Shown: positions 37,560 to 49,517 of the stretch, one piece after another
How positions within the stretch are numbered: position 1 is the stretch's first letter
Layout: the number at the start of each line of letters is the position of its first letter
Assembly (NCBI GenBank): GCA_964406665.1
Contig: CAYOSQ010000009.1
Span: 6,106-70,105, forward strand
Reading direction: 5' to 3'
DNA from: an uncultured Planctomycetia bacterium
Lineage (GTDB): Bacteria; Omnitrophota; Gorgyraeia; VGKH01; JBHPFN01
Length of the DNA stretch: 64,000 bases
The notes under the pieces: generated by a model
What the model was told of the DNA's origin: nothing
Databases searched by the model: none
Seen by the model: the letters and a program-made list of their open reading frames with translations, nothing else
Position numbers and translations under genes: made by a program

Positions 37560-38768
37560 ATGACACAAGTAAACAATTCTTTTTACGGCTTGGGGATTGC
37601 CCCAAAAATACTCGATATACTGGATCGGATGAAGTTTACTGTTCCTACACCGATTCAGCATAAAGCCATCCCTATTGTTATAGAAGACAAAGATATTATA
37701 GGAGTTGCACAGACAGGTACTGGTAAAACACTTGCTTTTGCTGTGCCTATTATTCAGCGCCTTTCCCAGAAAGAAGGTCGTGCGTTGATTCTTGTACCTA
37801 CCAGAGAACTTGCTATTCAGGTAAATGAGGAGTTTGCCAAGATTGCCCCGTCGTTTGGCATAAAGACAGCTGTTATTGTAGGTGGGGTGTCCATAAATCT
37901 GCAGTTAAGAGCATTAAGCAAAAACCCGCGCATTCTAGTGGCTACTCCCGGACGGCTTGTAGATCATATGAAGCGACGCACAATTGTTTTAAATGATGTG
38001 AATGTTTTGGTTTTGGATGAGGCGGATCGTATGCTGGATATGGGATTTCTGCCGGATATCGAAAGAATTATTAGATGTGTTCCCAAAAACAGACAGACTA
38101 TGCTTTTTTCAGCAACTATACCGGGAGCGATTGTAAGAATTGCATCCGCGCACATGAGGCTCCCCATTCATATTGAGGTTGCTCCTTCGGGAACTACTGC
38201 AGAAAACATTATTCAGGAAGTATTTATTGTTAAGAGAAGTTCAAAGCGCAGACTTTTAATTAAGCTGTTAGATAAATATCACGGCCCGGTACTTATCTTT
38301 TCCCGGACAAAAATAGGAGCTAAAAAGATTGCCCGCGGCTTACAGGAAATGCACCGCAGGGCTGCTGAGATTCACTCCAACCGTTCTCTGGGCCAGAGAA
38401 AAGAGGCCTTGAATGGTTTTAAATCAGGAAAGTATAAGATACTTGTTGCCACTGATATTGCTGCCAGGGGTATTGATGTTACAGGTATAGAGCTTGTTAT
38501 AAATTATGATCTTCCTGATGAAACTGAGAATTATGTACATCGCATTGGGCGCACAGGCCGCGCAGGACACGAAGGCCGCGCCATATCTTTTGCCACACCT
38601 GAACAGGGCAGGGATGTTAAAAACATTGAAAAACTTATTAAGACTGCCTTACAAATAGTAGAACATCCTGAATTCCCTAAAGAGGAATTTCAAGAAGGGT
38701 CAAAAAAAATCCAGACTTTTAAACCGCGCAAGAGAAATCGAAGAAGACGCAGGAGACCACGGAAGTAG
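37560..38768 (+). CDS. DEAD-box ATP-dependent RNA helicase
   Basis: The Q-motif is F..LGIAPKILDIL..MKFTVPTPIQ. The helicase motifs are AQTGTGKT, PTREL, DEAD, SAT, ARGID and HRIGRTGRAG. It has an Arg-rich tail. I prefer the ATG at 37560; the track's GTG at 37467 runs across the palindrome. Confidence 0.85.
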   Translation: MTQVNNSFYGLGIAPKILDILDRMKFTVPTPIQHKAIPIVIEDKDIIGVAQTGTGKTLAFAVPIIQRLSQKEGRALILVPTRELAIQVNEEFAKIAPSFGIKTAVIVGGVSINLQLRALSKNPRILVATPGRLVDHMKRRTIVLNDVNVLVLDEADRMLDMGFLPDIERIIRCVPKNRQTMLFSATIPGAIVRIASAHMRLPIHIEVAPSGTTAENIIQEVFIVKRSSKRRLLIKLLDKYHGPVLIFSRTKIGAKKIARGLQEMHRRAAEIHSNRSLGQRKEALNGFKSGKYKILVATDIAARGIDVTGIELVINYDLPDETENYVHRIGRTGRAGHEGRAISFATPEQGRDVKNIEKLIKTALQIVEHPEFPKEEFQEGSKKIQTFKPRKRNRRRRRRPRK

Positions 38769-38957
38769 ACACCTCAAGCATCGGCACTTGATTCACACCT
38801 AACTTCATAACTTACAATAATTAATAAAGACAATTTTGATGTTAATCATAAGAGTTTATTCTATGTTTTTAGTTTTACAGTACTTGGTTTAGGGTGTAAA
38901 ATAGTTGCTATCGCTTTAGTCATCGAGCGACAGCAAGCTGGACCACAAAGGAGTGGC

Positions 38958-40010
38958 ATGGCTAGATTCTTCAATCTTATCAAAGTAGCTTTTCGTAGAA
39001 TAATTTTCCTCCTGATATTTTTTCTTCTGTTTTTTCTTATGCTGGAGGCAGCGACACGCCTCTATTTTTTCATTAAAAACAAGATAAATCCTCCCATGAT
39101 GACGTTTTCTGAATCATTAGGCTGGCAGACCAAGGCAAAATCGTACAAAAAAGGTAACCTAAAATGTTACGGCCCGGTAATCGTCACCACAACAGAATAC
39201 GGCTTCCGCGTTTTTGGCGATGTGAATACCGATAAGACTAAAATCTTGGTTCTGGGAGATTCATATACTTTTGGGAATGTTGTTTCAGACGGCGATCTCT
39301 ATTATGATCATTTAAAGAGGCTTAATAATTCGATAGAAATATTTGCCTATGGCTGCGGTGGATACGGGACATTGCAAGAATACATGATTCTTGATAAATA
39401 TTTTGATGAGATTAAGCCTGATATTATCCTCTGGCAATTTAGTGACGGAGATTTTATTAACAATGACCATGAGTTGGAATCGAGCAGCATAATCAATAAT
39501 CATATGCAGAGGCCCTATTATATTGATGGAAAAATAAAATTGCTCTATCCGACTCCGATTAAAGGAGTGTCCTACCATATTTTTTATAATTCGCATTTCT
39601 TACGTTGGCTTAATATTAAATTAAGTCTTATAAAAGCCGTACTAGAAAATACTTTAGAATATGATTTAAATATTGATAGTTCTGATTTCCAACGGGCAAA
39701 GCGCACGACCTCTTTGATTATGGGATTAGTGAGACAGCGAGTAGGCGCAATACCAATTGTTGCCTTTTCCGTAGATGAAATTGGGGTGGGCCAGGGTGTT
39801 TTTAAAGAAATCTGCAAGGAGCACAATATTATTTTTGTATCACAGCTAAACGAAGTATTAAATAAGTTGAAGCTAAGTGGTCAGAAGATAGATTGTTCGC
39901 CCGGAGATAAACATTGGAATAAGTATGGTCATTATTTTGCCGGTAGGCTGCTTTTGGAATATTTAGAAAAAAGTAACCTGGTTGAGAAGAGAAGACCACT
40001 GTTTCCCTAA
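38958..40010 (+). CDS. SGNH/GDSL-family hydrolase with an N-terminal membrane anchor
   Basis: It has a TM helix, then LVLGDSYTFG (the GDS block), then ...DGDF. Confidence 0.55.
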   Translation: MARFFNLIKVAFRRIIFLLIFFLLFFLMLEAATRLYFFIKNKINPPMMTFSESLGWQTKAKSYKKGNLKCYGPVIVTTTEYGFRVFGDVNTDKTKILVLGDSYTFGNVVSDGDLYYDHLKRLNNSIEIFAYGCGGYGTLQEYMILDKYFDEIKPDIILWQFSDGDFINNDHELESSSIINNHMQRPYYIDGKIKLLYPTPIKGVSYHIFYNSHFLRWLNIKLSLIKAVLENTLEYDLNIDSSDFQRAKRTTSLIMGLVRQRVGAIPIVAFSVDEIGVGQGVFKEICKEHNIIFVSQLNEVLNKLKLSGQKIDCSPGDKHWNKYGHYFAGRLLLEYLEKSNLVEKRRPLFP

Positions 40011-40260
40011 GGCAATTTTTTATAAGATTCTGCACCTGATTCATTGATTCTTGCAATCTACGACTTATGTTCTGCGGCTTACATAACTGCTGATAAATTA
40101 CTTTCCTGGGTAAAAATTATTTTAAATTCCTGTTGCATTGAGAAACAAAAGGTGTATAATACTTTAAAAACAGCGGAAGAAGAAATTGATCAGTTACTTA
40201 TACGAAACATATTTAGACAGCTTGAAAAAGAGCTGTCTTTTCTCTTTTTAAGGAGTGATA

Positions 40261-40425
40261 ATGACTAAATTAAGTATGAATGTAAGCATAAGGAAGGTTC
40301 CTGAGAACCCAAATATGTTTGAATTTACTATTGCCACACCGGTTTTAAGGTCACAATTTCGTCTGCCCAGACCACTGGTGAATAAATTAAGAATATTGAT
40401 GGAGAAGGCTTTAGTCAGCAAGTAG
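40261..40425 (+). CDS. Small hypothetical protein (54 aa), not in the track
   Basis: An AAGGAG RBS lies 7 nt upstream of the ATG. It encodes MTKLSMNVSIRKVPENPNMFEFTIATPVLRSQFRLPRPLVNKLRILMEKALVSK and ends 15 nt before the transporter gene. Confidence 0.3.
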   Translation: MTKLSMNVSIRKVPENPNMFEFTIATPVLRSQFRLPRPLVNKLRILMEKALVSK

Positions 40426-40439
40426 AATAAAATTTAATT

Positions 40440-41837
40440 ATGGATAGCAAACATATACCTCAGAAAAGTGTTGCTATAACAATATCAACGATATTGATTG
40501 CTGTATTAGGCGGGCATTTCGGCCTTAACTTCAATCAGATAATCGCATTAGTGGCATTTTCACTTTCAATTTTAGGAACACTTCTTTTCTGGCAGTTCCG
40601 CTTAAGCTTTGCATTCTTGGGTGCGAGTTTGGTTCTGCTTACCCGTGTTACAACCTTAGATAATTTTATTCACCATTCATCAATGGAGATTATTCTCTTT
40701 TTAATTGGAATGATGATAATCGTGGGATTCTTAAAAGAGATTGGGGTGTTTTCCTGGTTTTTACAGCGCGCATTAGTTATGAAGGAAATCAGTGCGAAGA
40801 AATTTTTAGTGTCTTTAGTCTTTTCTTCCGCAATACTTGCCTGTATTATTGATGAAGTTTCCTCAATCTTAATTGTGGTTATGATAATTTTCGAATTTTG
40901 TGACTACTTTGAAATCAACCCCATTCCCTACATCTTAGCAGCGGTACTTGCAACAAATGTGGGTTCTGCCGGAACAGTAATCGGCAACCCTATTGGTTTG
41001 ATGATTGCAGCTAAGGCGCATTTGACTTTTGAAGATTTTATTAAGTATGCATTTCCGCTAATGTTTATGTCTTTATTTGTGGTTAGTGGGTTGCTTTTGG
41101 TGATTTTTAGAAAACACTTACAAGAGCTGGATGAGAAAATGAAAGAGTTCGGCCCAAATGAATTTTTAGTGCGCTTATTGTCAATTCCTCCGGAGAAAAA
41201 CGTAAAGATTGGATTTGTAATCTTTGGCGTTACCTTAGGATTGATAGGTTTTCATCACCGCCTGGAACTTCTCTTAGGGCTTGAAACTAACACAATTTTA
41301 CTTATCGCACCTATGCTTGCCTCGGCGGTTATTATGGTCTGGCGCAGACACAAAGCCAGAGAATATGTTGAAAAGGATGTAGAGTGGTCAACGCTTTTAT
41401 TTTTTATGTTTCTCTTTGCTCAGGCAGGAGTTTTGGCTGATCACGGAGTAGCAGAAATATTTGCTAAGAAGCTTTTGCTGCTGGTATCCCATAATCAGAA
41501 TTTGCTGGTTAGCACAATTTTATTCGGCGGGGCAGTAGTTTCCAGTGCTTTGGATAATGTTGTTGTAGTTGTTGGCTCCATTCCAATATTGCACAGCTTG
41601 GAAGCTATTACACATTCGAACGGTATACTTTGGTGGGCTTTGTTATTTGCAGCTTGTTTTGGCGGCAACATAACAGTAATTGGTTCTACGGCAAATCTTA
41701 TTGCTTTAGGTACACTTGAGAAGCAGAAGAATACGACTATTAGTTTTTTATATTGGTTCAAGATTGGTGCAATAGTTGGTTTGGCGACACTGGTTTTTGT
41801 TTGGGCAGCATTAATATTAATTCCGTATTATAATTAA
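40440..41837 (+). CDS. ArsB/NhaD-superfamily anion or Na+/H+ permease
   Basis: It has about 12 TM helices with a duplicated-half architecture and a central charged loop. Confidence 0.55.
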   Translation: MDSKHIPQKSVAITISTILIAVLGGHFGLNFNQIIALVAFSLSILGTLLFWQFRLSFAFLGASLVLLTRVTTLDNFIHHSSMEIILFLIGMMIIVGFLKEIGVFSWFLQRALVMKEISAKKFLVSLVFSSAILACIIDEVSSILIVVMIIFEFCDYFEINPIPYILAAVLATNVGSAGTVIGNPIGLMIAAKAHLTFEDFIKYAFPLMFMSLFVVSGLLLVIFRKHLQELDEKMKEFGPNEFLVRLLSIPPEKNVKIGFVIFGVTLGLIGFHHRLELLLGLETNTILLIAPMLASAVIMVWRRHKAREYVEKDVEWSTLLFFMFLFAQAGVLADHGVAEIFAKKLLLLVSHNQNLLVSTILFGGAVVSSALDNVVVVVGSIPILHSLEAITHSNGILWWALLFAACFGGNITVIGSTANLIALGTLEKQKNTTISFLYWFKIGAIVGLATLVFVWAALILIPYYN

Positions 41838-41914
41838 ATTTTGTTCTATATGTCTTGACTTGTTGTCGAGTTTAGTTATAATAGCTGAAAATATCCTCAC
41901 CTAGATTTTAAACT

Positions 41915-43030
41915 ATGAAGTTGAAAGCAAAGATCGTACTTGAAGACGGAAGAATTTTTAAAGGTTTTTCTTTTGGTGCAACAGGAGAAAGCAAGGGCGA
42001 AGTAGTCTTCAATACTAGTCTCACCGGATATCAAGAAATCCTCACAGATCCATCCTATAAAAGTCAAATAGTCACAATGACTTATCCCTTAATCGGAAAC
42101 TATGGCGTTAATTTAGAAGATGTAGAATCAGCCAAGCCATTTGTGGAAGGTTTTGTAGTTAAAGAGCACAGTCATATTGTTAGCAACTGGCGTTCTCAAA
42201 AAAGCTTAAGCGCTTATCTTAAAGAAAATAATATTATTGGCATTGAAGGCGTTGATACCAGGGCATTAACTAGGCATATCAGGCTGCAGGGTGCAATGAG
42301 GGCAGTGATGTCTACTGAAGATTTGGATGATAAAAGTTTGATTGAGAAGGCAAAGGCCTTTCCCGGATTAGTTGGGGTGGATACAGTAAAAGAAGTAGTT
42401 TGCAAAAAAAGTTATTGTTGGAATCATTCAGAGTTTGGTAAGGGTAGGACAAAGAAGAGAAATAAATTCAAGGTAGTTGTTCTTGATTGCGGGGTTAAGT
42501 TTAATATCTTACGCCATTTGCAGGATTTACTGTGTGAAGTTATTGTTATGCCGGCGAATTCAACTTACGAATCAATTATGAAAGAAAAGCCAAGCGGTAT
42601 GATGTTATCCAATGGCCCCGGAGACCCTGCGGCAGTACCGTATGTTGTAAAAACTGTAAAGAAGCTTTTGGGCAAATTCCCGATTTTTGGAATTTGCCTA
42701 GGACATCAAATGCTGGGTTTGGCCTTAGGTGGGAAGACCTATAAGTTAAAGTTCGGCCACCACGGAGGAAACCAGCCGGTTAAGGATCTTAAAACAGGTA
42801 AGATTGCTATCACAGTCCAAAACCACGGGTTCTGTGTAGATATAGATTCTTTAAGCAAAGATGTAGAGGTTACTCATATTAATTTAAATGATAATACCTT
42901 AGAAGGTATTCGTCATAAAAAGCTGCCGGTATTTTCTGTGCAGTATCACCCGGAAGCAGGCCCCGGGCCACACGATGCAACATATTTGTTTAACACGTTT
43001 GTAGATTTAATGAAAAAGCACAAAAAATAG
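41915..43030 (+). CDS. carA: Carbamoyl-phosphate synthase small (glutamine amidotransferase) subunit
   Basis: The GATase triad region is GICLGHQ ... HPE. Confidence 0.9.
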   Translation: MKLKAKIVLEDGRIFKGFSFGATGESKGEVVFNTSLTGYQEILTDPSYKSQIVTMTYPLIGNYGVNLEDVESAKPFVEGFVVKEHSHIVSNWRSQKSLSAYLKENNIIGIEGVDTRALTRHIRLQGAMRAVMSTEDLDDKSLIEKAKAFPGLVGVDTVKEVVCKKSYCWNHSEFGKGRTKKRNKFKVVVLDCGVKFNILRHLQDLLCEVIVMPANSTYESIMKEKPSGMMLSNGPGDPAAVPYVVKTVKKLLGKFPIFGICLGHQMLGLALGGKTYKLKFGHHGGNQPVKDLKTGKIAITVQNHGFCVDIDSLSKDVEVTHINLNDNTLEGIRHKKLPVFSVQYHPEAGPGPHDATYLFNTFVDLMKKHKK

Positions 43031-43032
43031 AA

Positions 43033-46000
43033 ATGCCTAAGAGAACAGACATACATAAAATTTTAATTATCGGATCAGGTCCAATAGTAATTAGCCAGGC
43101 CTGTGAGTTTGATTACTCCGGTACTCAAGCCTGCAAGGCTTTACGTGAAGAAGGCTTTGAAGTTATTCTGGTTAATTCTAACCCGGCAACAATTATGACA
43201 GACCCGGAAACTGCTGATGCAACTTATATCGAGCCGATTACTCCAGAAGTTGTGGAGAAAATTATCGAGAAAGAACGCCCTGATGCTTTGCTTCCAACCT
43301 TAGGTGGTCAAACAGGTCTTAATACTGCAATGAAGATTGTAGAAAATGGCGTTTTGGAAAAATACAATGTTAAGATGCTCGGTGCGAATTATGACGTAAT
43401 CAAAAAGGCTGAAGACAGAGATGATTTCAAAAAGGCAATGCTTAAGATTGGTTTAGATTTACCTAAAAGTGCTTTAGCCTATAACATGGATGAGGCCCGA
43501 GCTGCTTTAAAAGAAATCGGCTTGCCTGTAATTATCCGGCCCAGTTTTACTTTAGGTGGAACGGGTGGTGGAATCACAACTACAGAAGAAGAGTTTGAGA
43601 AAATAGCCGCGCTGGGCTTAAAGAACAGTATGATCAGCGAAGTTCTAGTTGAAGAATCTATCGTCGGCTGGAAAGAGTATGAGCTTGAAGTAATGCGTGA
43701 TAGAAAAGACAATGTAGTAATTGTCTGTTCCATTGAAAACTTTGATGCAATGGGAATTCATACAGGAGATTCAATTACAGTAGCTCCGGCACAAACCTTA
43801 ACTGACCGGGAATATCAAAAAATGCGTAATGCAGCACTTGAAATTATCCGGGAGATCGGAGTGGAGACTGGAGGTTCCAATATACAGTTTGCAGTTGATC
43901 CTAAAACGGGGAGAATGGTTGTAATTGAGATGAATCCCAGAGTTTCTAGAAGTTCTGCTTTAGCCAGTAAGGCTACAGGATTTCCTATTGCAAAATTTGC
44001 TGCTAAACTTGCCGTGGGTTATACCTTAGATGAAATTCAAAACGATATTACAAAAGAGACACCGGCATCTTTTGAGCCGAGCATTGATTATTGTGTGGTG
44101 AAAATCCCCCGGTTTACTTTTGAGAAGTTTCCTGAGGCAAAAGATATTTTAGGTATTTCCATGAAATCAGTCGGCGAAACAATGGCAATTGGTAGAACTT
44201 TTAAAGAGGCTTTGCAGAAGGGATTGCGCGGTTTAGAAATCGGCCATATAGGATTAGATAATAAATTGGATTTTTCCCAAGTCCCAGATGAAAAAATCAG
44301 GCTTAGACTGAAAGAACCTAATGCCTCAAGAATATTCTATATTAAATATGCTATTCAGAAAGGCTACCGCTTAGAAGAAATATTAAATCTTACCGGGATA
44401 GATCCTTGGTTCATTGAAAATATTCGACAGATAGTGTTGTTAGAAGATGAATTGAAAAGAGAATTTGCCGAGAATAAAAAATTAAGCGTTGAATCTTTAA
44501 GAGAAGCTAAGCAGTGCGGTTTTAGTGATAAGCAGATCGCACAGATAATTAATTCTGATGAATTATCAGTCAGGGCTTTAAGAAAAAAACAGGGGATAGA
44601 GGCAACTTATAAACTGGTTGATACCTGTGCTGCAGAATTTGAGGCATATACGCCTTATTATTATTCTACTTATGAGACAGAAAATGAGACCAGGCCCTCA
44701 GATAAAAAGAAAATAATGATTTTAGGTGGGGGGCCAAACAGAATAGGTCAGGGAATAGAGTTTGATTATTGCTGCTGTCATGCATCTTTTGCACTTAAAG
44801 AGTTAGATTTTGAAACTATTATGGTTAACTCCAATCCGGAGACAGTTTCTACGGATTATGACACATCGGATAAATTATATTTTGAGCCGCTTACATTTGA
44901 AGACGTAATGAATATTATTGATAAAGAAAAACCAGACGGAGTTATTGTTCAGTTTGGCGGACAAACCCCGCTGAACTTGGCTCAGCAGTTAGAAAAGGCT
45001 GGTGCACCAATAATAGGTACTAGTGTAAAATCAATTGATATGGCTGAGAACAGAGATAAGTTTTCTCGGGTTGTTAAAAAATTAAAGATTTATCAGCCAG
45101 ATAATGGTTCAGCAAAATCTGAGGAAGAGGCCAAGAAAATTGCTCGCAAGATTGGCTATCCGATATTAGTCAGGCCTTCTTATGTCTTAGGCGGAAGAGC
45201 AATGCGCATTGTTTATACCGAAGGCGAATTGGAAACGTTTATCCACGAAGCACAAGAAGCTTCTGAGGAACATCCTATTCTTATTGATAAGTTTTTAGAA
45301 GATGCGGTTGAAGTGGATGTAGATGCTGTTTCAGATGGCAAGAAAACAATTATTGGCGGGATAATGGAACATATTGAAGGAGCGGGAATTCACTCTGGAG
45401 ATTCTGCCTGTGTATTACCCCCGCATACTTTAAGTGATGAAATTATAGAGAAAATTAGAAATCATACTTATGCATTATCCCGAGAACTTAAAGTTAAAGG
45501 TTTATTGAATATTCAGTTTGCTGTTAAGGGTGATGATGTTTATGTTTTAGAGGTTAACCCCCGGGCTTCCAGAACAGCTCCTTTTGTGAGCAAGGCTACA
45601 GATGTTCCTTTGGCTAAGATTGCGGCAAAAGTAATGGCGGGAAAATCTCTGGAATCTTTAGGAATTATAAAAGAAAAAGAAGTCTCTCATGTATCTGTTA
45701 AAGAATCAGTATTGCCATTTTCCAGATTTTCCGGCGTAGATATAATTTTAGGGCCGGAGATGAAATCTACGGGAGAAGTTATGGGAGTGGATAATTCTTT
45801 TGGAATGGCATTTTATAAAGCACAGGTGGCTGCCGGACAGATGTTGCCGGATAAGGGCAAAATATTTATAAGTGTAAAAAATGACGATAAGAGAGATATT
45901 ATTTTTATCGCGAAGAAACTTTTTGATTTAGGGTTTGAGATTGTATCCACTAAGGGAACTTCTAAGGTGCTTCAGTCAAACAGTATTGAAACAACCACTG

Positions 46001-46257
46001 TGGGTAAGATTGGTGAAGGCAAAGAAAGTATTCTAGACCTTTTAAAAAGAGATGAAATAAAACTCATTATCAATACTCCATCAGGTCGGCGTGGTCAATC
46101 GGATATGCGTCCGATAAGAAGCTTGGCTGTTTTACACGGGGTACCCAGCATTACCACTATTCAGGGAGCCCAGGCTGCGGTTAATGGAATTGAAGCTATG
46201 ACCAAAGGAGATTTCAAGGTTAAATCGATTCAGGAATTTGCACAGGCTAGTCTTTAA
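43033..46257 (+). CDS. carB: Carbamoyl-phosphate synthase large subunit, copy 1 (1074 aa)
   Basis: There are two ATP-grasp halves, an oligomerisation domain and an MGS-like C-terminus. The N-terminus is [25 protein letters not shown]. Confidence 0.9.
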   Translation: MPKRTDIHKILIIGSGPIVISQACEFDYSGTQACKALREEGFEVILVNSNPATIMTDPETADATYIEPITPEVVEKIIEKERPDALLPTLGGQTGLNTAMKIVENGVLEKYNVKMLGANYDVIKKAEDRDDFKKAMLKIGLDLPKSALAYNMDEARAALKEIGLPVIIRPSFTLGGTGGGITTTEEEFEKIAALGLKNSMISEVLVEESIVGWKEYELEVMRDRKDNVVIVCSIENFDAMGIHTGDSITVAPAQTLTDREYQKMRNAALEIIREIGVETGGSNIQFAVDPKTGRMVVIEMNPRVSRSSALASKATGFPIAKFAAKLAVGYTLDEIQNDITKETPASFEPSIDYCVVKIPRFTFEKFPEAKDILGISMKSVGETMAIGRTFKEALQKGLRGLEIGHIGLDNKLDFSQVPDEKIRLRLKEPNASRIFYIKYAIQKGYRLEEILNLTGIDPWFIENIRQIVLLEDELKREFAENKKLSVESLREAKQCGFSDKQIAQIINSDELSVRALRKKQGIEATYKLVDTCAAEFEAYTPYYYSTYETENETRPSDKKKIMILGGGPNRIGQGIEFDYCCCHASFALKELDFETIMVNSNPETVSTDYDTSDKLYFEPLTFEDVMNIIDKEKPDGVIVQFGGQTPLNLAQQLEKAGAPIIGTSVKSIDMAENRDKFSRVVKKLKIYQPDNGSAKSEEEAKKIARKIGYPILVRPSYVLGGRAMRIVYTEGELETFIHEAQEASEEHPILIDKFLEDAVEVDVDAVSDGKKTIIGGIMEHIEGAGIHSGDSACVLPPHTLSDEIIEKIRNHTYALSRELKVKGLLNIQFAVKGDDVYVLEVNPRASRTAPFVSKATDVPLAKIAAKVMAGKSLESLGIIKEKEVSHVSVKESVLPFSRFSGVDIILGPEMKSTGEVMGVDNSFGMAFYKAQVAAGQMLPDKGKIFISVKNDDKRDIIFIAKKLFDLGFEIVSTKGTSKVLQSNSIETTTVGKIGEGKESILDLLKRDEIKLIINTPSGRRGQSDMRPIRSLAVLHGVPSITTIQGAQAAVNGIEAMTKGDFKVKSIQEFAQASL

Positions 46258-46290
46258 ATTTTTTAAATCATTTTAAATAAGGAGAGGTAA

Positions 46291-49200
46291 ATGCCAAGAA
46301 GAGACGACATCCATAAAATATTAATTATTGGTTCAGGTCCAATCATTATTGGACAAGCTTGTGAGTTTGATTATTCTGGAACTCAAGCCTGCAGGGCATT
46401 AAAAGAAGAAGGCTATGAAGTAGTTCTGGTTAATTCAAATCCTGCAACCATTATGACAGATCCAGAAACGGCTGATAAAACATATATTGAACCTCTTACA
46501 GTGGAAAGCATAGAAAAGATTATTGCTAAGGAAAAGCCTGATGGCTTACTTCCGAATTTAGGTGGACAAACAGGATTGAATTTAACTTCAAGTCTTCATA
46601 AAGCCGGAATACTTAAAAAATATAATGTTGAGATTATTGGCGTTAAAGCAGATGCCATTGAACGCGGGGAAGACCGCATTGCGTTTAAAGAAGCAATGAA
46701 TAAGCTTAGTATAGAGATGCCTAGATCTGAGCCGTCTCATTCTGTAGAAGAAGCCGAAGCTATTGCTGAGCGCATAGGGTTTCCTGTTGTATTAAGACCT
46801 GCTTATACTATGGGTGGTACCGGCGGAGGGATAGCTTATAATGTTGAGGAGTTAAGAGTTATTGTTGCCCGAGGGCTTGCGGTAAGTTTAGTGCATCAAG
46901 TATTGGTTGAAGAATCGGTTACTGGCTGGGAAGAGCTTGAGCTTGAAGTTGTAAGGGATGAAAAAAATCAGAAGATCACGGTTTGCTTTATTGAAAATAT
47001 TGATGCGATGGGTGTACACACCGGAGATAGTTTTTGCTCAGCTCCGATGCTTACAGTCCCGGAACCATTACAAAAACGTATGCAGGAATATTCTTATAAA
47101 ATTGTCGATGCTATTGGTGTAGTGGGGGGAACCAATATTCAATTTGCCCATAATTTAGAAGATGACAGGTTGGTAGTTATTGAAATCAATCCTAGAACAT
47201 CACGCTCTTCAGCGCTGGCATCTAAGGCTACAGGTTTTCCTATTGCGAGAATTTCCACAAAGTTGGCAGCAGGTAGAACAATGGATGAAATTCCCTATTG
47301 GAAAGAAGGGACCTTAGAAAAATACGAGCCCAGCGGAGATTATGTAGTAATTAAATTTGCCAGATGGGCATTTGAAAAATTCCCTCAGGCAAAAGATATT
47401 TTAGGTACTCAGATGAGAGCTGTGGGGGAAGTAATGAGCATTGGTAAGACCTTCAAAGAGTCATTTCATAAAGCGATTCGCTCTTTGGAAACAAAGCGCT
47501 ACGGCTTAGGCTGGGTAAAAAACTTCAGAGATCTTTCTCTTGATGAGCTGAAGAAAAAATTAGCTCATCCATCTAGCGAGCGAATATTTTTGCTTTATGA
47601 GGCACTGCGTAAAGGTGCAGACATAGAAGATATGTATAAATTAACCTATATCGGCAGATGGTTTATCAATGAGATAAAAGAATTGGCTGAATATGAAAAT
47701 GAGATGCTCAAATGTGATTGGAATACCCTTTCTGATAAAATGTTGACCAAGGCAAAAGAATGGGGTTTTTCTGATAGATATTTAGCTAAGCTGTTTGATG
47801 TGAAAGAAAAAGAAGTGAGAGTTAGAAGAATTGCGATTGGTAAGCACGGCCGATTTGAAGCAGTGCCGGTAAGTGGCGTAGAAAATGCAGCTTATTATTA
47901 TTCTACTTATATTGGGGAAGATGTAGTTCCGGTATCTCAAAATAAAAAGATAATGATTTTAGGCGGTGGCCCTAACAGGATTGGCCAGGGTATTGAATTT
48001 GATTATACTTGTGTTCATGCTGCCTTTGCATTAAGAGAAGAAGGATTTGAATCCATAATGGTTAATTGTAATCCTGAAACAGTCTCAACTGATTACGATA
48101 CATCGAATAAACTTTATTTTGAACCTTTGACTGTTGAAGACGTATTAACTATTTATGAGAAAGAAAAACCTGAGGGGGTTATTGTTCAGTTTGGTGGTCA
48201 GACACCATTGAATATTGCTCAGGAATTAAAAGAAAATGGTGTGAAGATTTTGGGAACTTCACCTGAGAGTATACATTTAGCAGAAGACAGGGAACGTTTT
48301 CGCGATAAGATGATCGCATTAAATATTCCTCAGCCGGAAAGTGGTACTGCCAGAACTTTGGACGAGGCTTTAGAGATCGGTAAGAGAATCGGATATCCTT
48401 TAATGGTTAGACCTTCTTTTGTTCTTGGTGGACGAGGCATGGAAATTATTTACGAAGAAGAATCCCTAAAGCATTATGCTCTTGAGGCAATTCAGGTGAG
48501 CCCTGAACATCCTATGCTTATTGATAGATTTTTAGAGCAGGCCATTGAGGCAGAAGTAGATGCTTTATGCGATGGAGAAAATACTTATGTTGCTGCGATA
48601 ATGGAACACATTGAGCTGGCGGGTGTTCACTCAGGTGATTCTGCATGTGCAATTCCCACAAGGACGATTCCAGAGAAGCATCTTAAGACAATTAAAGAAT
48701 ATACCAAAAAGATTGCAAAAGAATTGAAGGTAGTTGGTTTGACGAATATCCAATATGCAATATGTGATGATAAGGTATATATTCTTGAAGCAAATCCTCG
48801 GGCTTCCCGAACTGTTCCGGTGGTTTCTAAGATGCGGGGTATTCCTATAGCTCATATAGCTACTCAGCTGATGTTGGGTAAAAAACTCAAGGATTTTCCA
48901 ATACTCAAAGACCAAAAATTAACTTATTTTGGTGTTAAGGAAGCAGTATTTCCTTTTAATATGTTTCCAGAAGTAGATCCTCTCTTAGGGCCTGAGATGA
49001 AGGCAACCGGAGAGGTTATGGGTATTGCGGATTCTTTTGGTATGGCATTTTATAAGGCCGAAGCAGCAGCAGGTTTGGAACTTCCTTTAAAGGGAAGTGT
49101 GCTTTTAACCGTTGCGGATAAGGATAAAACTCAGCTGTTAAAAATTGCTAAAAGGATTATTAAATTAGGTTTTAATATTTTGTCAACTGAAGGTACGAAT

Positions 49201-49494
49201 AAATTGCTAAAAGAAAATAAAATAGAATCTGATTTAATCAAGAAGTTACACGAAGGAAGACCCAATATTCTTGATACGATTAAGAATAAGGGAATAAATA
49301 TGATTATCAATACTCCTATTGGAAAAAATAGCAAATTCGATGATAGCTATATACGCATAGCTGCAATTCAACATAAGATTCCCTACATTACAACTTTAGC
49401 AGCTGCTCAGGCAAGTATTGAAGGCATCGAGGCTGCTAAGAAAAAAGCAGTAGTTCCTGTTTCGCTTCAGGATTATTACAAGAACAAAAAATAA
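46291..49494 (+). CDS. carB: Carbamoyl-phosphate synthase large subunit, copy 2 (1067 aa), tandem paralog
   Basis: It has the same full-length architecture. The N-terminus [62 protein letters not shown] is nearly identical to copy 1, and the rest diverges. Confidence 0.85.
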   Translation: MPRRDDIHKILIIGSGPIIIGQACEFDYSGTQACRALKEEGYEVVLVNSNPATIMTDPETADKTYIEPLTVESIEKIIAKEKPDGLLPNLGGQTGLNLTSSLHKAGILKKYNVEIIGVKADAIERGEDRIAFKEAMNKLSIEMPRSEPSHSVEEAEAIAERIGFPVVLRPAYTMGGTGGGIAYNVEELRVIVARGLAVSLVHQVLVEESVTGWEELELEVVRDEKNQKITVCFIENIDAMGVHTGDSFCSAPMLTVPEPLQKRMQEYSYKIVDAIGVVGGTNIQFAHNLEDDRLVVIEINPRTSRSSALASKATGFPIARISTKLAAGRTMDEIPYWKEGTLEKYEPSGDYVVIKFARWAFEKFPQAKDILGTQMRAVGEVMSIGKTFKESFHKAIRSLETKRYGLGWVKNFRDLSLDELKKKLAHPSSERIFLLYEALRKGADIEDMYKLTYIGRWFINEIKELAEYENEMLKCDWNTLSDKMLTKAKEWGFSDRYLAKLFDVKEKEVRVRRIAIGKHGRFEAVPVSGVENAAYYYSTYIGEDVVPVSQNKKIMILGGGPNRIGQGIEFDYTCVHAAFALREEGFESIMVNCNPETVSTDYDTSNKLYFEPLTVEDVLTIYEKEKPEGVIVQFGGQTPLNIAQELKENGVKILGTSPESIHLAEDRERFRDKMIALNIPQPESGTARTLDEALEIGKRIGYPLMVRPSFVLGGRGMEIIYEEESLKHYALEAIQVSPEHPMLIDRFLEQAIEAEVDALCDGENTYVAAIMEHIELAGVHSGDSACAIPTRTIPEKHLKTIKEYTKKIAKELKVVGLTNIQYAICDDKVYILEANPRASRTVPVVSKMRGIPIAHIATQLMLGKKLKDFPILKDQKLTYFGVKEAVFPFNMFPEVDPLLGPEMKATGEVMGIADSFGMAFYKAEAAAGLELPLKGSVLLTVADKDKTQLLKIAKRIIKLGFNILSTEGTNKLLKENKIESDLIKKLHEGRPNILDTIKNKGINMIINTPIGKNSKFDDSYIRIAAIQHKIPYITTLAAAQASIEGIEAAKKKAVVPVSLQDYYKNKK

Positions 49495-49517
49495 ATTTCA
49501 AAAAAGAGGAATTGATT

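Noticed and set aside
40044-40268. 74-aa ORF in the 430-bp spacer before the permease
   Set aside because: It has no RBS and a low-complexity charged sequence. The adjacent 54-aa ORF at 40261 has much better translation signals.
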